Assembly: GCF_009914755.1 (NCBI RefSeq)
Contig: NC_060942.1
Reading direction: 5' to 3' (one strand)
Length of the DNA: 64,000 nucleotides
Source of the DNA: the human T2T-CHM13v2.0 reference genome, Homo sapiens
The notes beneath the pieces were generated by a model. That model saw only the letters and a program-made list of their open reading frames with translations, searched no databases and was not told the origin of the DNA. Shown here piece by piece: positions 12,918 through 25,600 of the stretch (its first letter is position 1; each line of letters begins with the position of its first letter). The translations under genes were made by a program, and so were the position numbers.

Positions 12918-12934
12918 TTTCGTTGGAAGCGGGA
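12918..12934 (+). promoter_or_regulatory. CENP-B box, dimer D (representative)
   Basis: tttcgttggaagcggga, consensus match; overlaps the second EcoRI site. Confidence 0.95.
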
Positions 12935-13255
12935 ATTCATACAAATTGCAGACTGCAGCGTTCTGAGAAACATCTTTGTGATGTTTGTATTCAGGACACA
13001 GAGTTGAACATTCCCTATCATAGAGCAGGTTGGGATCACTCCTTTTGTAGTATCTGGAAGTGGACATTTGGAGCGCTTTCAGGCCTATGTTGAAAAAGGA
13101 AAAATCTTCCCATAACAACTAGACAGAAGCATTCTCAGAAACTTGTTGGTGATGTGTTTCCTCTACTGACAGAGTTGCACCTTTCTTTTCATAGAGCAGT
13201 TTCGAAACACTCTTTTTGTAGAATCTGCAAGAGGATATTTGCATAGCTCTGAGGA

Positions 13256-13272
13256 TTTCGTGGGAAACGGGA
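13256..13272 (+). promoter_or_regulatory. CENP-B box, dimer E (representative)
   Basis: tttcgtgggaaacggga keeps the nine essential positions. Confidence 0.88.
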
Positions 13273-13597
13273 TTGTCTTCAGGTAAAATCTAGACAGAAG
13301 CATTCTCAGAAACTTCTTCGGGATGTTTGCATTCAAGTCACAGAGTAGAACATTCCCTTTGGTAGAGCAGGTTTGAAACACTCTTTTTGTCGTATCTGGA
13401 AGTGGACATTTGTTGCGCTTTCAGGCCTATGTTGGAAAGGGAAATATCTTCCCGTAACAACTAGGCAGAAGCATTCTCAGAAACTTATTTGAGATGTGTG
13501 TACTCAACTAAGAGAATTGAACCACCGTTTTGAAGGAGCAGTTTGGAAACACTCTTTTTCTGGAATCTGCAAGAGGATATTTGCCTAGCTTTGAGGA

Positions 13598-13614
13598 TTT
13601 CGTTGGAAAAGGGA
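13598..13614 (+). promoter_or_regulatory. Degenerate (predicted non-binding) CENP-B box, dimer F (representative)
   Basis: tttcgttggaaaAggga: the essential CGGG has become AGGG in the F copies examined along the window. Confidence 0.85.
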
Positions 13615-16600
13615 TTGTCTTCAGATCAAATCTAGACAGAAGCATTCTCAGAAACTTCTTTGGGATGTTTGCATTCAAGTCACAGAGTAGAACATTCCTT
13701 TGGTAGAGCAGGTTTGAAACACTCTTTTTTTAGTATATGGAAGTGGACATTTGGAGCGCTTTCAGGCCTACGTTGGAAAAGGAAATATCTTCCCATAACA
13801 ACTAGACAGAAGCATTCTCAGAAACTAGTTTCTGATGTGTGTCCTCAACTAACACAGTTGAACATTTCTTTAGACAGAACAGTTTTGAAACACTCTTTTT
13901 GTGGAATCTGCAAGTGGATATTTGGCTAGATTTGAGGATTTCGTTGGAAACGGGATTACATATAAAAAGCAGACAGCAGCATTCTCAGAAACTTCTTTGT
14001 GATGATTGCATTCAAGTCACAGAATTGAACATTCCCTTTCACAGAGCAGGTTTGAAACACTCTTTTTGTAGTGTGTGTAAGTGGACATTTGGAGCGCTTT
14101 CCGGCCTAAGGTGAACAAGGAAATATCTTCCCATAAAAACTAGACAGAAGCATTCTCAGAAACTTACTCGTGATGTGTGTCCTCAACTAAAGGAGTAGAA
14201 CCTTTCTTTTCATAGAGAAGTTTTGAAACGCTCTTTTTGTGGAATCTGCAAGTGGATATTTGGCTAGTTTTGAGGATTTCGTTGGAAGCGGGAATTCATA
14301 CAAGATGCAGACTGCAGCGTTCTGAGAAACATCTTTGTGATGTTTGTATTCAGGACACAGAGTTGAACATTCCCTATCATAGAGCAGGTTTGAATCACTC
14401 CTTTTGTAGTATCTGGAAGTGGACATTTGGAGCGCTTTCAGGCCTATGTTGGAAAAGGAAATATCTTCCCATAACAACTAGACAGAAGCATTCCCAGAAA
14501 CTTATTTGAGATGTGTGTACTCAACTAAGAGAATTGAACCACCGTTTTGAAGGAGCAGTTTGGAAACACTCTTTTTCTGGAATCTGCAAGTGGATATTTG
14601 GCTAGCTTTGGGGATTTCGCTGGAAGCGGGAATACATATAAAAAGCACACAGCAGCGTTCTGAGAAACTGCTTTCTGATGTTTGCATTCAAGTCAAAAGT
14701 TGAACACTCCCTTTCATAGAGCAGTCTTGAAACACCCCTTTTGTAGTATCTGGAACTGGACATTTGGAGCGCTTTCAGGGCTAAGGTGAAAAAGGAAATA
14801 TCTTCCCATAAAAACTGGACAGAAGCATTCTCAGAAACTTGTTTATGCTGTATCTGCTCAACTAACAAAGTTGAACCTTTCTTTTGATAGAGCAGTTTTG
14901 AAATGCTCTTTTTGTGGAATCTGCAAGTGGATATTTGGCTAGTTTTGAGGATTTCGTTGGAAGCGGGAATTCATACAATTTGCAGACTGCAGCGTTCTGA
15001 GAAACATCTTTGTGATGTTTGTATTCAGGACACAGAGTTGAACATTCCCTATCATAGAGCAGGTTGGGATCACTCCTTTTGTAGTATCTGGAAGTGGACA
15101 TTTGGAGCGCTTTCAGGCCTATGTTGAAAAAGGAAAAATCTTCCCATAACAACTAGACAGAAGCATTCTCAGAAACTTGTTGGTGATGTGTTTCCTCTAC
15201 TGACAGAGTTGAACCTTTCTTTTCATACAGCAGTTTCGAAACACTCTTTTTGTAGAATCTGCAAGAGGATATTTGCATAGCTCTGAGGATTTCGTGGGAA
15301 ACGGGATTGTCTTCAGGTAAAATCTAGACAGAAGCATTCTCAGAAACTTCTTCGGGATGTTTGCATTCAACTCACAGAGTAGAACATTCCCTTTGGTAGA
15401 GCAGGTTTGAAACACTCTTTTTGTCGTATCTGGAAGTGGACATTTGTTGCGCTTTCAGGCCTATGTTGGAAAGGGAAATATCTTCCCGTAACAACTAGGC
15501 AGAAGCATTCTCAGAAACTTATTTGAGATGTGTGTGCTCAACTAAGAGAATTGAACCACCGTTTTGAAGGAGCAGTTTGGAAACACTCTTTTTCTGGAAT
15601 CTGCAAGAGGATATTTGCCTAGCTTTGAGGATTTCGTTGGAAAAGGGATTGTCTTCAGATCAAATCTAGACAGAAGCATTCTCAGAAACTTCTTTGGGAT
15701 GTTTGCATTCAAGTCACAGAGTAGAACATTCCTTTGGTAGAGCAGGTTTGAAACACTCTTTTTTTAGTATATGGAAGTGGACATTTGGAGCGCTTTCAGG
15801 CCTACGTTGGAAAAGGAAATATCTTCCCATAACAACTAGACAGAAGCATTCTCAGAAACTAGTTTCTGATGTGTGTCCTCAACTAACACAGTTGAACATT
15901 TCTTTAGACAGAACAGTTTTGAAACACTCTTTTTGTGGAATCTGCAAGTGGATATTTGGCTAGATTTGAGGATTTCGTTGGAAACGGGATTACATATAAA
16001 AAGCAGACAGCAGCATTCTCAGAAACTTCTTTGTGATGATTGCATTCAAGTCACAGAATTGAACATTCCCTTTCACAGAGCAGGTTTGAAACACTCTTTT
16101 TGTAGTGTGTGTAAGTGGACATTTGGAGCGCTTTCCGGCCTAAGGTGAACAAGGAAATATCTTCCCATAAAAACTAGACAGAAGCATTCTCAGAAACTTA
16201 CTCGTGATGTGTGTCCTCAACTAAAGGAGTAGAACCTTTCTTTTCATAGAGAAGTTTTGAAACGCTCTTTTTGTGGAATCTGCAAGTGGATATTTGGCTA
16301 GTTTGGAGGATTTCGTTGGAAGCGGGAATTCATACAAGATGCAGACTGCAGCGTTCTGAGAAACATCTTTGTGATGTTTGTATTCAGGACACAGAGTTGA
16401 ACATTCCCTATCATAGAGCAGGTTTGAATCACTCCTTTTGTAGTATCTGGAAGTGGACATTTGGAGCGCTTTCAGGCCTATGTTGGAAAAGGAAATATCT
16501 TCCCATAACAACTAGACAGAAGCATTCCCAGAAACTTATTTGAGATGTGTGTACTCAACTAAGAGAATTGAACCACCGTTTTGAAGGAGCAGTTTGGAAA

Positions 16601-19600
16601 CACTCTTTTTCTGGAATCTGCAAGTGGATATTTGGCTAGCTTTGGGGATTTCGCTGGAAGCGGGAATACATATAAAAAGCACACAGCAGCGTTCTGAGAA
16701 ACTGCTTTCTGATGTTTGCATTCAAGTCAAAAGTTGAACACTCCCTTTCATAGAGCAGTCTTGAAACACCCCTTTTGTAGTATCTGGAACTGGACATTTG
16801 GAGCGCTTTCAGGGCTAAGGTGAAAAAGGAAATATCTTCCCATAAAAACTGGACAGAAGCATTCTCAGAAACTTGTTTATGCTGTATCTGCTCAACTAAC
16901 AAAGTTGAACCTTTCTTTTGATAGAGCAGTTTTGAAATGCTCTTTTTGTGGAATCTGCAAGTGGATATTTGGCTAGTTTTGAGGATTTCGTTGGAAGCGG
17001 GAATTCATACAAATTGCAGACTGCAGCGTTCTGAGAAACATCTTTGTGATGTTTGTATTCAGGACACAGAGTTGAACATTCCCTATCATAGAGCAGGTTG
17101 GGATCACTCCTTTTGTAGTATCTGGAAGTGGACATTTGGAGCGCTTTCAGGCCTATGTTGAAAAAGGAAAAATCTTCCCATAACAACTAGACAGAAGCAT
17201 TCTCAGAAACTTGTTGGTGATGTGTTTCCTCTACTGACAGAGTTGAACCTTTCTTTTCATAGAGCAGTTTCGAAACACTCTTTTTGTAGAATCTGCAAGA
17301 GGATATTTGCATAGCTCTGAGGATTTCGTGGGAAACGGGATTGTCTTCAGGTAAAATCTAGACAGAAGCATTCTCAGAAACTTCTTCGGGATGTTTGCAT
17401 TCAAGTCACAGAGTAGAACATTCCCTTTGGTAGAGCAGGTTTGAAACACTCTTTTTGTCGTATCTGGAAGTGGACATTTGTTGCGCTTTCAGGCCTATGT
17501 TGGAAAGGGAAATATCTTCCCGTAACAACTAGGCAGAAGCATTCTCAGAAACTTATTTGAGATGTGTGTACTCAACTAAGAGAATTGAACCACCGTTTTG
17601 AAGGAGCAGTTTGGAAACACTCTTTTTCTGGAATCTGCAAGAGGATATTTGCCTAGCTTTGAGGATTTCGTTGGAAAAGGGATTGTCTTCAGATCAAATC
17701 TAGACAGAAGCATTCTCAGAAACTTCTTTGGGATGTTTGCATTCAAGTCACAGAGTAGAACATTCCTTTGGTAGAGCAGGTATGAAACACTCTTTTTTTA
17801 GTATATGGAAGTGGACATTTGGAGCGCTTTCAGGCCTACGTTGGAAAAGGAAATATCTTCCCATAACAACTAGACAGAAGCATTCTCAGAAACTAGTTTC
17901 TGATGTGTGTCCTCAACTAACACAGTTGAACATTTCTTTAGACAGAACAGTTTTGAAACACTCTTTTTGTGGAATCTGCAAGTGGATATTTGGCTAGATT
18001 TGAGGATTTCGTTGGAAACGGGATTACATATAAAAAGCAGACAGCAGCATTCTCAGAAACTTCTTTGTGATGATTGCATTCAAGTCACAGAATTGAACAT
18101 TCCCTTTCACAGAGCAGGTTTGAAACACTCTTTTTGTAGTGTGTGTAAGTGGACATTTGGAGCGCTTTCCGGCCTAAGGTGAACAAGGAAATATCTTCCC
18201 ATAAAAACTAGACAGAAGCATTCTCAGAAACTTACTCGTGATGTGTGTCCTCAACTAAAGGAGTAGAACCTTTCTTTTCATAGAGAAGTTTTGAAACGCT
18301 CTTTTTGTGGAATCTGCAAGTGGATATTTGGCTAGTTTGGAGGATTTCGTTGGAAGCGGGAATTCATACAAGATGCAGACTGCAGCGTTCTGAGAAACAT
18401 CTTTGTGATGTTTGTATTCAGGACACAGAGTTGAACATTCCCTATCATAGAGCAGGTTTGAATCACTCCTTTTGTAGTATCTGGAAGTGGACATTTGGAG
18501 CGCTTTCAGGCCTATGTTGGAAAAGGAAATATCTTCCCATAACAACTAGACAGAAGCATTCCCAGAAACTTATTTGAGATGTGTGTACTCAACTAAGAGA
18601 ATTGAACCACCGTTTTGAAGGAGCAGTTTGGAAACACTCTTTTTCTGGAATCTGCAAGTGGATATTTGGCTAGCTTTGGGGATTTCGCTGGAAGCGGGAA
18701 TACATATAAAAAGCACACAGCAGCGTTCTGAGAAACTGCTTTCTGATGTTTGCATTCAAGTCAAAAGTTGAACACTCCCTTTCATAGAGCAGTCTTGAAA
18801 CACCCCTTTTGTAGTATCTGGAACTGGAAATTTGGAGCGCTTTCAGGGCTAAGGTGAAAAAGGAAATATCTTCCCATAAAAACTGGACAGAAGCATTCTC
18901 AGAAACTTGTTTATGCTGTATCTGCTCAACTAACAAAGTTGAACCTTTCTTTTGATAGAGCAGTTTTGAAATGCTCTTTTTGTGGAATCTGCAAGTGGAT
19001 ATTTGGCTAGTTTTGAGGATTTCGTTGGAAGCGGGAATTCATACAAATTGCAGACTGCAGCGTTCTGAGAAACATCTTTGTGATGTTTGTATTCAGGACA
19101 CAGAGTTGAACATTCCCTATCATAGAGCAGGTTGGGATCACTCCTTTTGTAGTATCTGGAAGTGGACATTTGGAGCGCTTTCAGGCTTATGTTGAAAAAG
19201 GAAAAATCTTCCCATAACAACTAGACAGAAGCATTCTCAGAAACTTGTTGGTGATGTGTTTCCTCTACTGACAGGGTTGAACCTTTCTTTTCATAGAGCA
19301 GTTTCGAAACACTCTTTTTGTAGAATCTGCAAGAGGATATTTGCATAGCTCTGAGGATTTCGTGGGAAACGGGATTGTCTTCAGGTAAAATCTAGACAGA
19401 AGCATTCTCAGAAACTTCTTCGGGATGTTTGCATTCAACTCACAGAGTAGAACATTCCCTTTGGTAGAGCAGGTTTGAAACACTCTTTTTGTCGTATCTG
19501 GAAGTGGACATTTGTTGCGCTTTCAGGCCTATGTTGGAAAGGGAAATATCTTCCCGTAACAACTAGGCAGAAGCATTCTCAGAAACTTATTTGAGATGTG

Positions 19601-22600
19601 TGTACTCAACTAAGAGAATTGAACCACCGTTTTGAAGGAGCAGTTTGGAAACACTCTTTTTCTGGAATCTGCAAGAGGATATTTGCCTAGCTTTGAGGAT
19701 TTCGTTGGAAAAGGGATTGTCTTCAGATCAAATCTAGACAGAAGCATTCTCAGAAACTTCTTTGGGATGTTTGCATTCAAGTCACAGAGTAGAACATTCC
19801 TTTGGTAGAGCAGGTTTGAAACACTCTTTTTTTAGTATATGGAAGTGGACATTTGGAGCGCTTTCAGGCCTACGTTGGAAAAGGAAATATCTTCCCATAA
19901 CAACTAGACAGAAGCATTCTCAGAAACTAGTTTCTGATGTGTGTCCTCAACTAACACAGTTGAACATTTCTTTAGACAGAACAGTTTTGAAACACTCTTT
20001 TTGTGGAATCTGCAAGTGGATATTTGGCTAGATTTGAGGATTTCGTTGGAAACGGGATTACATATAAAAAGCAGACAGCAGCATTCTCAGAAACTTCTTT
20101 GTGATGATTGCATTCAAGTCACAGAATTGAACATTCCCTTTCACAGAGCAGGTTTGAAACACTCTTTTTGTAGTGTGTGTAAGTGGACATTTGGAGCGCT
20201 TTCCGGCCTAAGGTGAACAAGGAAATATCTTCCCATAAAAACTAGACAGAAGCATTCTCAGAAACTTACTCGTGATGTGTGTCCTCAACTAAAGGAGTAG
20301 AACCTTTCTTTTCATAGAGAAGTTTTGAAACGCTCTTTTTGTGGAATCTGCAAGTGGATATTTGGCTAGTTTGGAGGATTTCGTTGGAAGCGGGAATTCA
20401 TACAAGATGCAGACTGCAGCGTTCTGAGAAACATCTTTGTGATGTTTGTATTCAGGACACAGAGTTGAACATTCCCTATCATAGAGCAGGTTTGAATCAC
20501 TCCTTTTGTAGTATCTGGAAGTGGACATTTGGAGCGCTTTCAGGCCTATGTTGGAAAAGGAAATATCTTCCCATAACAACTAGACAGAAGCATTCCCAGA
20601 AACTTATTTGAGATGTGTGTACTCAACTAAGAGAATTGAACCACCGTTTTGAAGGAGCAGTTTGGAAACACTCTTTTTCTGGAATCTGCAAGTGGATATT
20701 TGGCTAGCTTTGGGGATTTCGCTGGAAGCGGGAATACATATAAAAAGCACACAGCAGCGTTCTGAGAAACTGCTTTCTGATGTTTGCATTCAAGTCAAAA
20801 GTTGAACACTCCCTTTCATAGAGCAGTCTTGAAACACCCCTTTTGTAGTATCTGGAACTGGACATTTGGAGCGCTTTCAGGGCTAAGGTGAAAAAGGAAA
20901 TATCTTCCCATAAAAACTGGACAGAAGCATTCTCAGAAACTTGTTTATGCTGTATCTGCTCAACTAACAAAGTTGAACCTTTCTTTTGATAGAGCAGTTT
21001 TGAAATGCTCTTTTTGTGGAATCTGCAAGTGGATATTTGGCTAGTTTTGAGGATTTCGTTGGAAGCGGGAATTCATACAAATTGCAGACTGCAGCGTTCT
21101 GAGAAACATCTTTGTGATGTTTGTATTCAGGACACAGAGTTGAACATTCCCTATCATAGAGCAGGTTGGGATCACTCCTTTTGTAGTATCTGGAAGTGGA
21201 CATTTGGAGCGCTTTCAGGCCTATGTTGAAAAAGGAAAAATCTTCCCATAACAACTAGACAGAAGCATTCTCAGAAACTTGTTGGTGATGTGTTTCCTCT
21301 ACTGACAGAGTTGAACCTTTCTTTTCATACAGCAGTTTCGAAACACTCTTTTTGTAGAATCTGCAAGAGGATATTTGCATAGCTCTGAGGATTTCGTGGG
21401 AAACGGGATTGTCTTCAGGTAAAATCTAGACAGAAGCATTCTCAGAAACTTCTTCGGGATGTTTGCATTCAAGTCACAGAGTAGAACATTCCCTTTGGTA
21501 GAGCAGGTTTGAAACACTCTTTTTGTCGTATCTGGAAGTGGACATTTGTTGCGCTTTCAGGCCTATGTTGGAAAGGGAAATATCTTCCCGTAACAACTAG
21601 GCAGAAGCATTCTCAGAAACTTATTTGAGATGTGTGTACTCAACTAAGAGAATTGAACCACCGTTTTGAAGGAGCAGTTTGGAAACACTCTTTTTCTGGA
21701 ATCTGCAAGAGGATATTTGCCTAGCTTTGAGGATTTCGTTGGAAAAGGGATTGTCTTCAGATCAAATCTAGACAGAAGCATTCTCAGAAACTTCTTTGGG
21801 ATGTTTGCATTCAAGTCACAGAGTAGAACATTCCTTTGGTAGAGCAGGTTTGAAACACTCTTTTTTTAGTATATGGAAGTGGACATTTGGAGCGCTTTCA
21901 GGCCTACGTTGGAAAAGGAAATATCTTCCCATAACAACTAGACAGAAGCATTCTCAGAAACTAGTTTCTGATGTGTGTCCTCAACTAACACAGTTGAACA
22001 TTTCTTTAGACAGAACAGTTTTGAAACACTCTTTTTGTGGAATCTGCAAGTGGATATTTGGCTAGATTTGAGGATTTCGTTGGAAACGGGATTACATATA
22101 AAAAGCAGACAGCAGCATTCTCAGAAACTTCTTTGTGATGATTGCATTCAAGTCACAGAATTGAACATTCCCTTTCACAGAGCAGGTTTGAAACACTCTT
22201 TTTGTAGTGTGTGTAAGTGGACATTTGGAGCGCTTTCCGGCCTAAGGTGAACAAGGAAATATCTTCCCATAAAAACTAGACAGAAGCATTCTCAGAAACT
22301 TACTCGTGATGTGTGTCCTCAACTAAAGGAGTAGAACCTTTCTTTTCATAGAGAAGTTTTGAAACGCTCTTTTTGTGGAATCTGCAAGTGGATATTTGGC
22401 TAGTTTGGAGGATTTCGTTGGAAGCGGGAATTCATACAAGATGCAGACTGCAGCGTTCTGAGAAACATCTTTGTGATGTTTGTATTCAGGACACAGAGTT
22501 GAACATTTCCTATCATAGAGCAGGTTTGAATCACTCCTTTTGTAGTATCTGGAAGTGGACATTTGGAGCGCTTTCAGGCCTATGTTGGAAAAGGAAATAT

Positions 22601-25600
22601 CTTCCCATAACAACTAGACAGAAGCATTCCCAGAAACTTATTTGAGATGTGTGTACTCAACTAAGAGAATTGAACCACCGTTTTGAAGGAGCAGTTTGGA
22701 AACACTCTTTTTCTGGAATCTGCAAGTGGATATTTGGCTAGCTTTGGGGATTTCGCTGGAAGCGGGAATACATATAAAAAGCACACAGCAGCGTTCTGAG
22801 AAACTGCTTTCTGATGTTTGCATTCAAGTCAAAAGTTGAACACTCCCTTTCATAGAGCAGTCTTGAAACACCCCTTTTGTAGTATCTGGAACTGGACATT
22901 TGGAGCGCTTTCAGGGCTAAGGTGAAAAAGGAAATATCTTCCCATAAAAACTGGACAGAAGCATTCTCAGAAACTTGTTTATGCTGTATCTGCTCAACTA
23001 ACAAAGTTGAACCTTTCTTTTGATAGAGCAGTTTTGAAATGCTCTTTTTGTGGAATCTGCAAGTGGATATTTGGCTAGTTTTGAGGATTTCGTTGGAAGC
23101 GGGAATTCATACAAATTGCAGACTGCAGCGTTCTGAGAAACATCTTTGTGATGTTTGTATTCAGGACACAGAGTTGAACATTCCCTATCATAGAGCAGGT
23201 TGGGATCACTCCTTTTGTAGTATCTGGAAGTGGACATTTGGAGCGCTTTCAGGCCTATGTTGAAAAAGGAAAAATCTTCCCATAACAACTAGACAGAAGC
23301 ATTCTCAGAAACTTGTTGGTGATGTGTTTCCTCTACTGACAGAGTTGAACCTTTCTTTTCATAGAGCAGTTTCGAAACACTCTTTTTGTAGAATCTGCAA
23401 GAGGATATTTGCATAGCTCTGAGGATTTCGTGGGAAACGGGATTGTCTTCAGGTAAAATCTAGACAGAAGCATTCTCAGAAACTTCTTCGGGATGTTTGC
23501 ATTCAAGTCACAGAGTAGAACATTCCCTTTGGTAGAGCAGGTTTGAAACACTCTTTTTGTCGTATCTGGAAGTGGACATTTGTTGCGCTTTCAGGCCTAT
23601 GTTGGAAAGGGAAATATCTTCCCGTAACAACTAGGCAGAAGCATTCTCAGAAACTTATTTGAGATGTGTGTACTCAACTAAGAGAATTGAACCACCGTTT
23701 TGAAGGAGCAGTTTGGAAACACTCTTTTTCTGGAATCTGCAAGAGGATATTTGCCTAGCTTTGAGGATTTCGTTGGAAAAGGGATTGTCTTCAGATCAAA
23801 TCTAGACAGAAGCATTCTCAGAAACTTCTTTGGGATGTTTGCATTCAAGTCACAGAGTAGAACATTCCTTTGGTAGAGCAGGTATGAAACACTCTTTTTT
23901 TAGTATATGGAAGTGGACATTTGGAGCGCTTTCAGGCCTACGTTGGAAAAGGAAATATCTTCCCATAACAACTAGACAGAAGCATTCTCAGAAACTAGTT
24001 TCTGATGTGTGTCCTCAACTAACACAGTTGAACATTTCTTTAGACAGAACAGTTTTGAAACACTCTTTTTGTGGAATCTGCAAGTGGATATTTGGCTAGA
24101 TTTGAGGATTTCGTTGGAAACGGGATTACATATAAAAAGCAGACAGCAGCATTCTCAGAAACTTCTTTGTGATGATTGCATTCAAGTCACAGAATTGAAC
24201 ATTCCCTTTCACAGAGCAGGTTTGAAACACTCTTTTTGTAGTGTGTGTAAGTGGACATTTGGAGCGCTTTCCGGCCTAAGGTGAACAAGGAAATATCTTC
24301 CCATAAAAACTAGACAGAAGCATTCTCAGAAACTTACTCGTGATGTGTGTCCTCAACTAAAGGAGTAGAACCTTTCTTTTCATAGAGAAGTTTTGAAACG
24401 CTCTTTTTGTGGAATCTGCAAGTGGATATTTGGCTAGTTTGGAGGATTTCGTTGGAAGCGGGAATTCATACAAGATGCAGACTGCAGCGTTCTGAGAAAC
24501 ATCTTTGTGATGTTTGTATTCAGGACACAGAGTTGAACATTCCCTATCATAGAGCAGGTTTGAATCACTCCTTTTGTAGTATCTGGAAGTGGACATTTGG
24601 AGCGCTTTCAGGCCTATGTTGGAAAAGGAAATATCTTCCCATAACAACTAGACAGAAGCATTCCCAGAAACTTATTTGAGATGTGTGTACTCAACTAAGA
24701 GAATTGAACCACCATTTTGAAGGAGCAGTTTGGAAACACTCTTTTTCTGGAATCTGCAAGTGGATATTTGGCTAGCTTTGGGGATTTCGCTGGAAGCGGG
24801 AATACATATAAAAAGCACACAGCAGCGTTCTGAGAAACTGCTTTCTGATGTTTGCATTCAAGTCAAAAGTTGAACACTCCCTTTCATAGAGCAGTCTTGA
24901 AACACCCCTTTTGTAGTATCTGGAACTGGACATTTGGAGCGCCTTCAGGGCTAAGGTGAAAAAGGAAATATCTTCCCATAAAAACTGGACAGAAGCATTC
25001 TCAGAAACTTGTTTATGCTGTATCTGCTCAACTAACAAAGTTGAACCTTTCTTTTGATAGAGCAGTTTTGAAATGCTCTTTTTGTGGAATCTGCAAGTGG
25101 ATATTTGGCTAGTTTTGAGGATTTCGTTGGAAGCGGGAATTCATACAAATTGCAGACTGCAGCGTTCTGAGAAACATCTTTGTGATGTTTGTATTCAGGA
25201 CACAGAGTTGAACATTCCCTATCATAGAGCAGGTTGGGATCACTCCTTTTGTAGTATCTGGAAGTGGACATTTGGAGCGCTTTCAGGCCTATGTTGAAAA
25301 AGGAAAAATCTTCCCATAACAACTAGACAGAAGCATTCTCAGAAACTTGTTGGTGATGTGTTTCCTCTACTGACAGAGTTGAACCTTTCTTTTCATACAG
25401 CAGTTTCGAAACACTCTTTTTGTAGAATCTGCAAGAGGATATTTGCATAGCTCTGAGGATTTCGTGGGAAACGGGATTGTCTTCAGGTAAAATCTAGACA
25501 GAAGCATTCTCAGAAACTTCTTCGGGATGTTTGCATTCAAGTCACAGAGTAGAACATTCCCTTTGGTAGAGCAGGTTTGAAACACTCTTTTTGTCGTATC

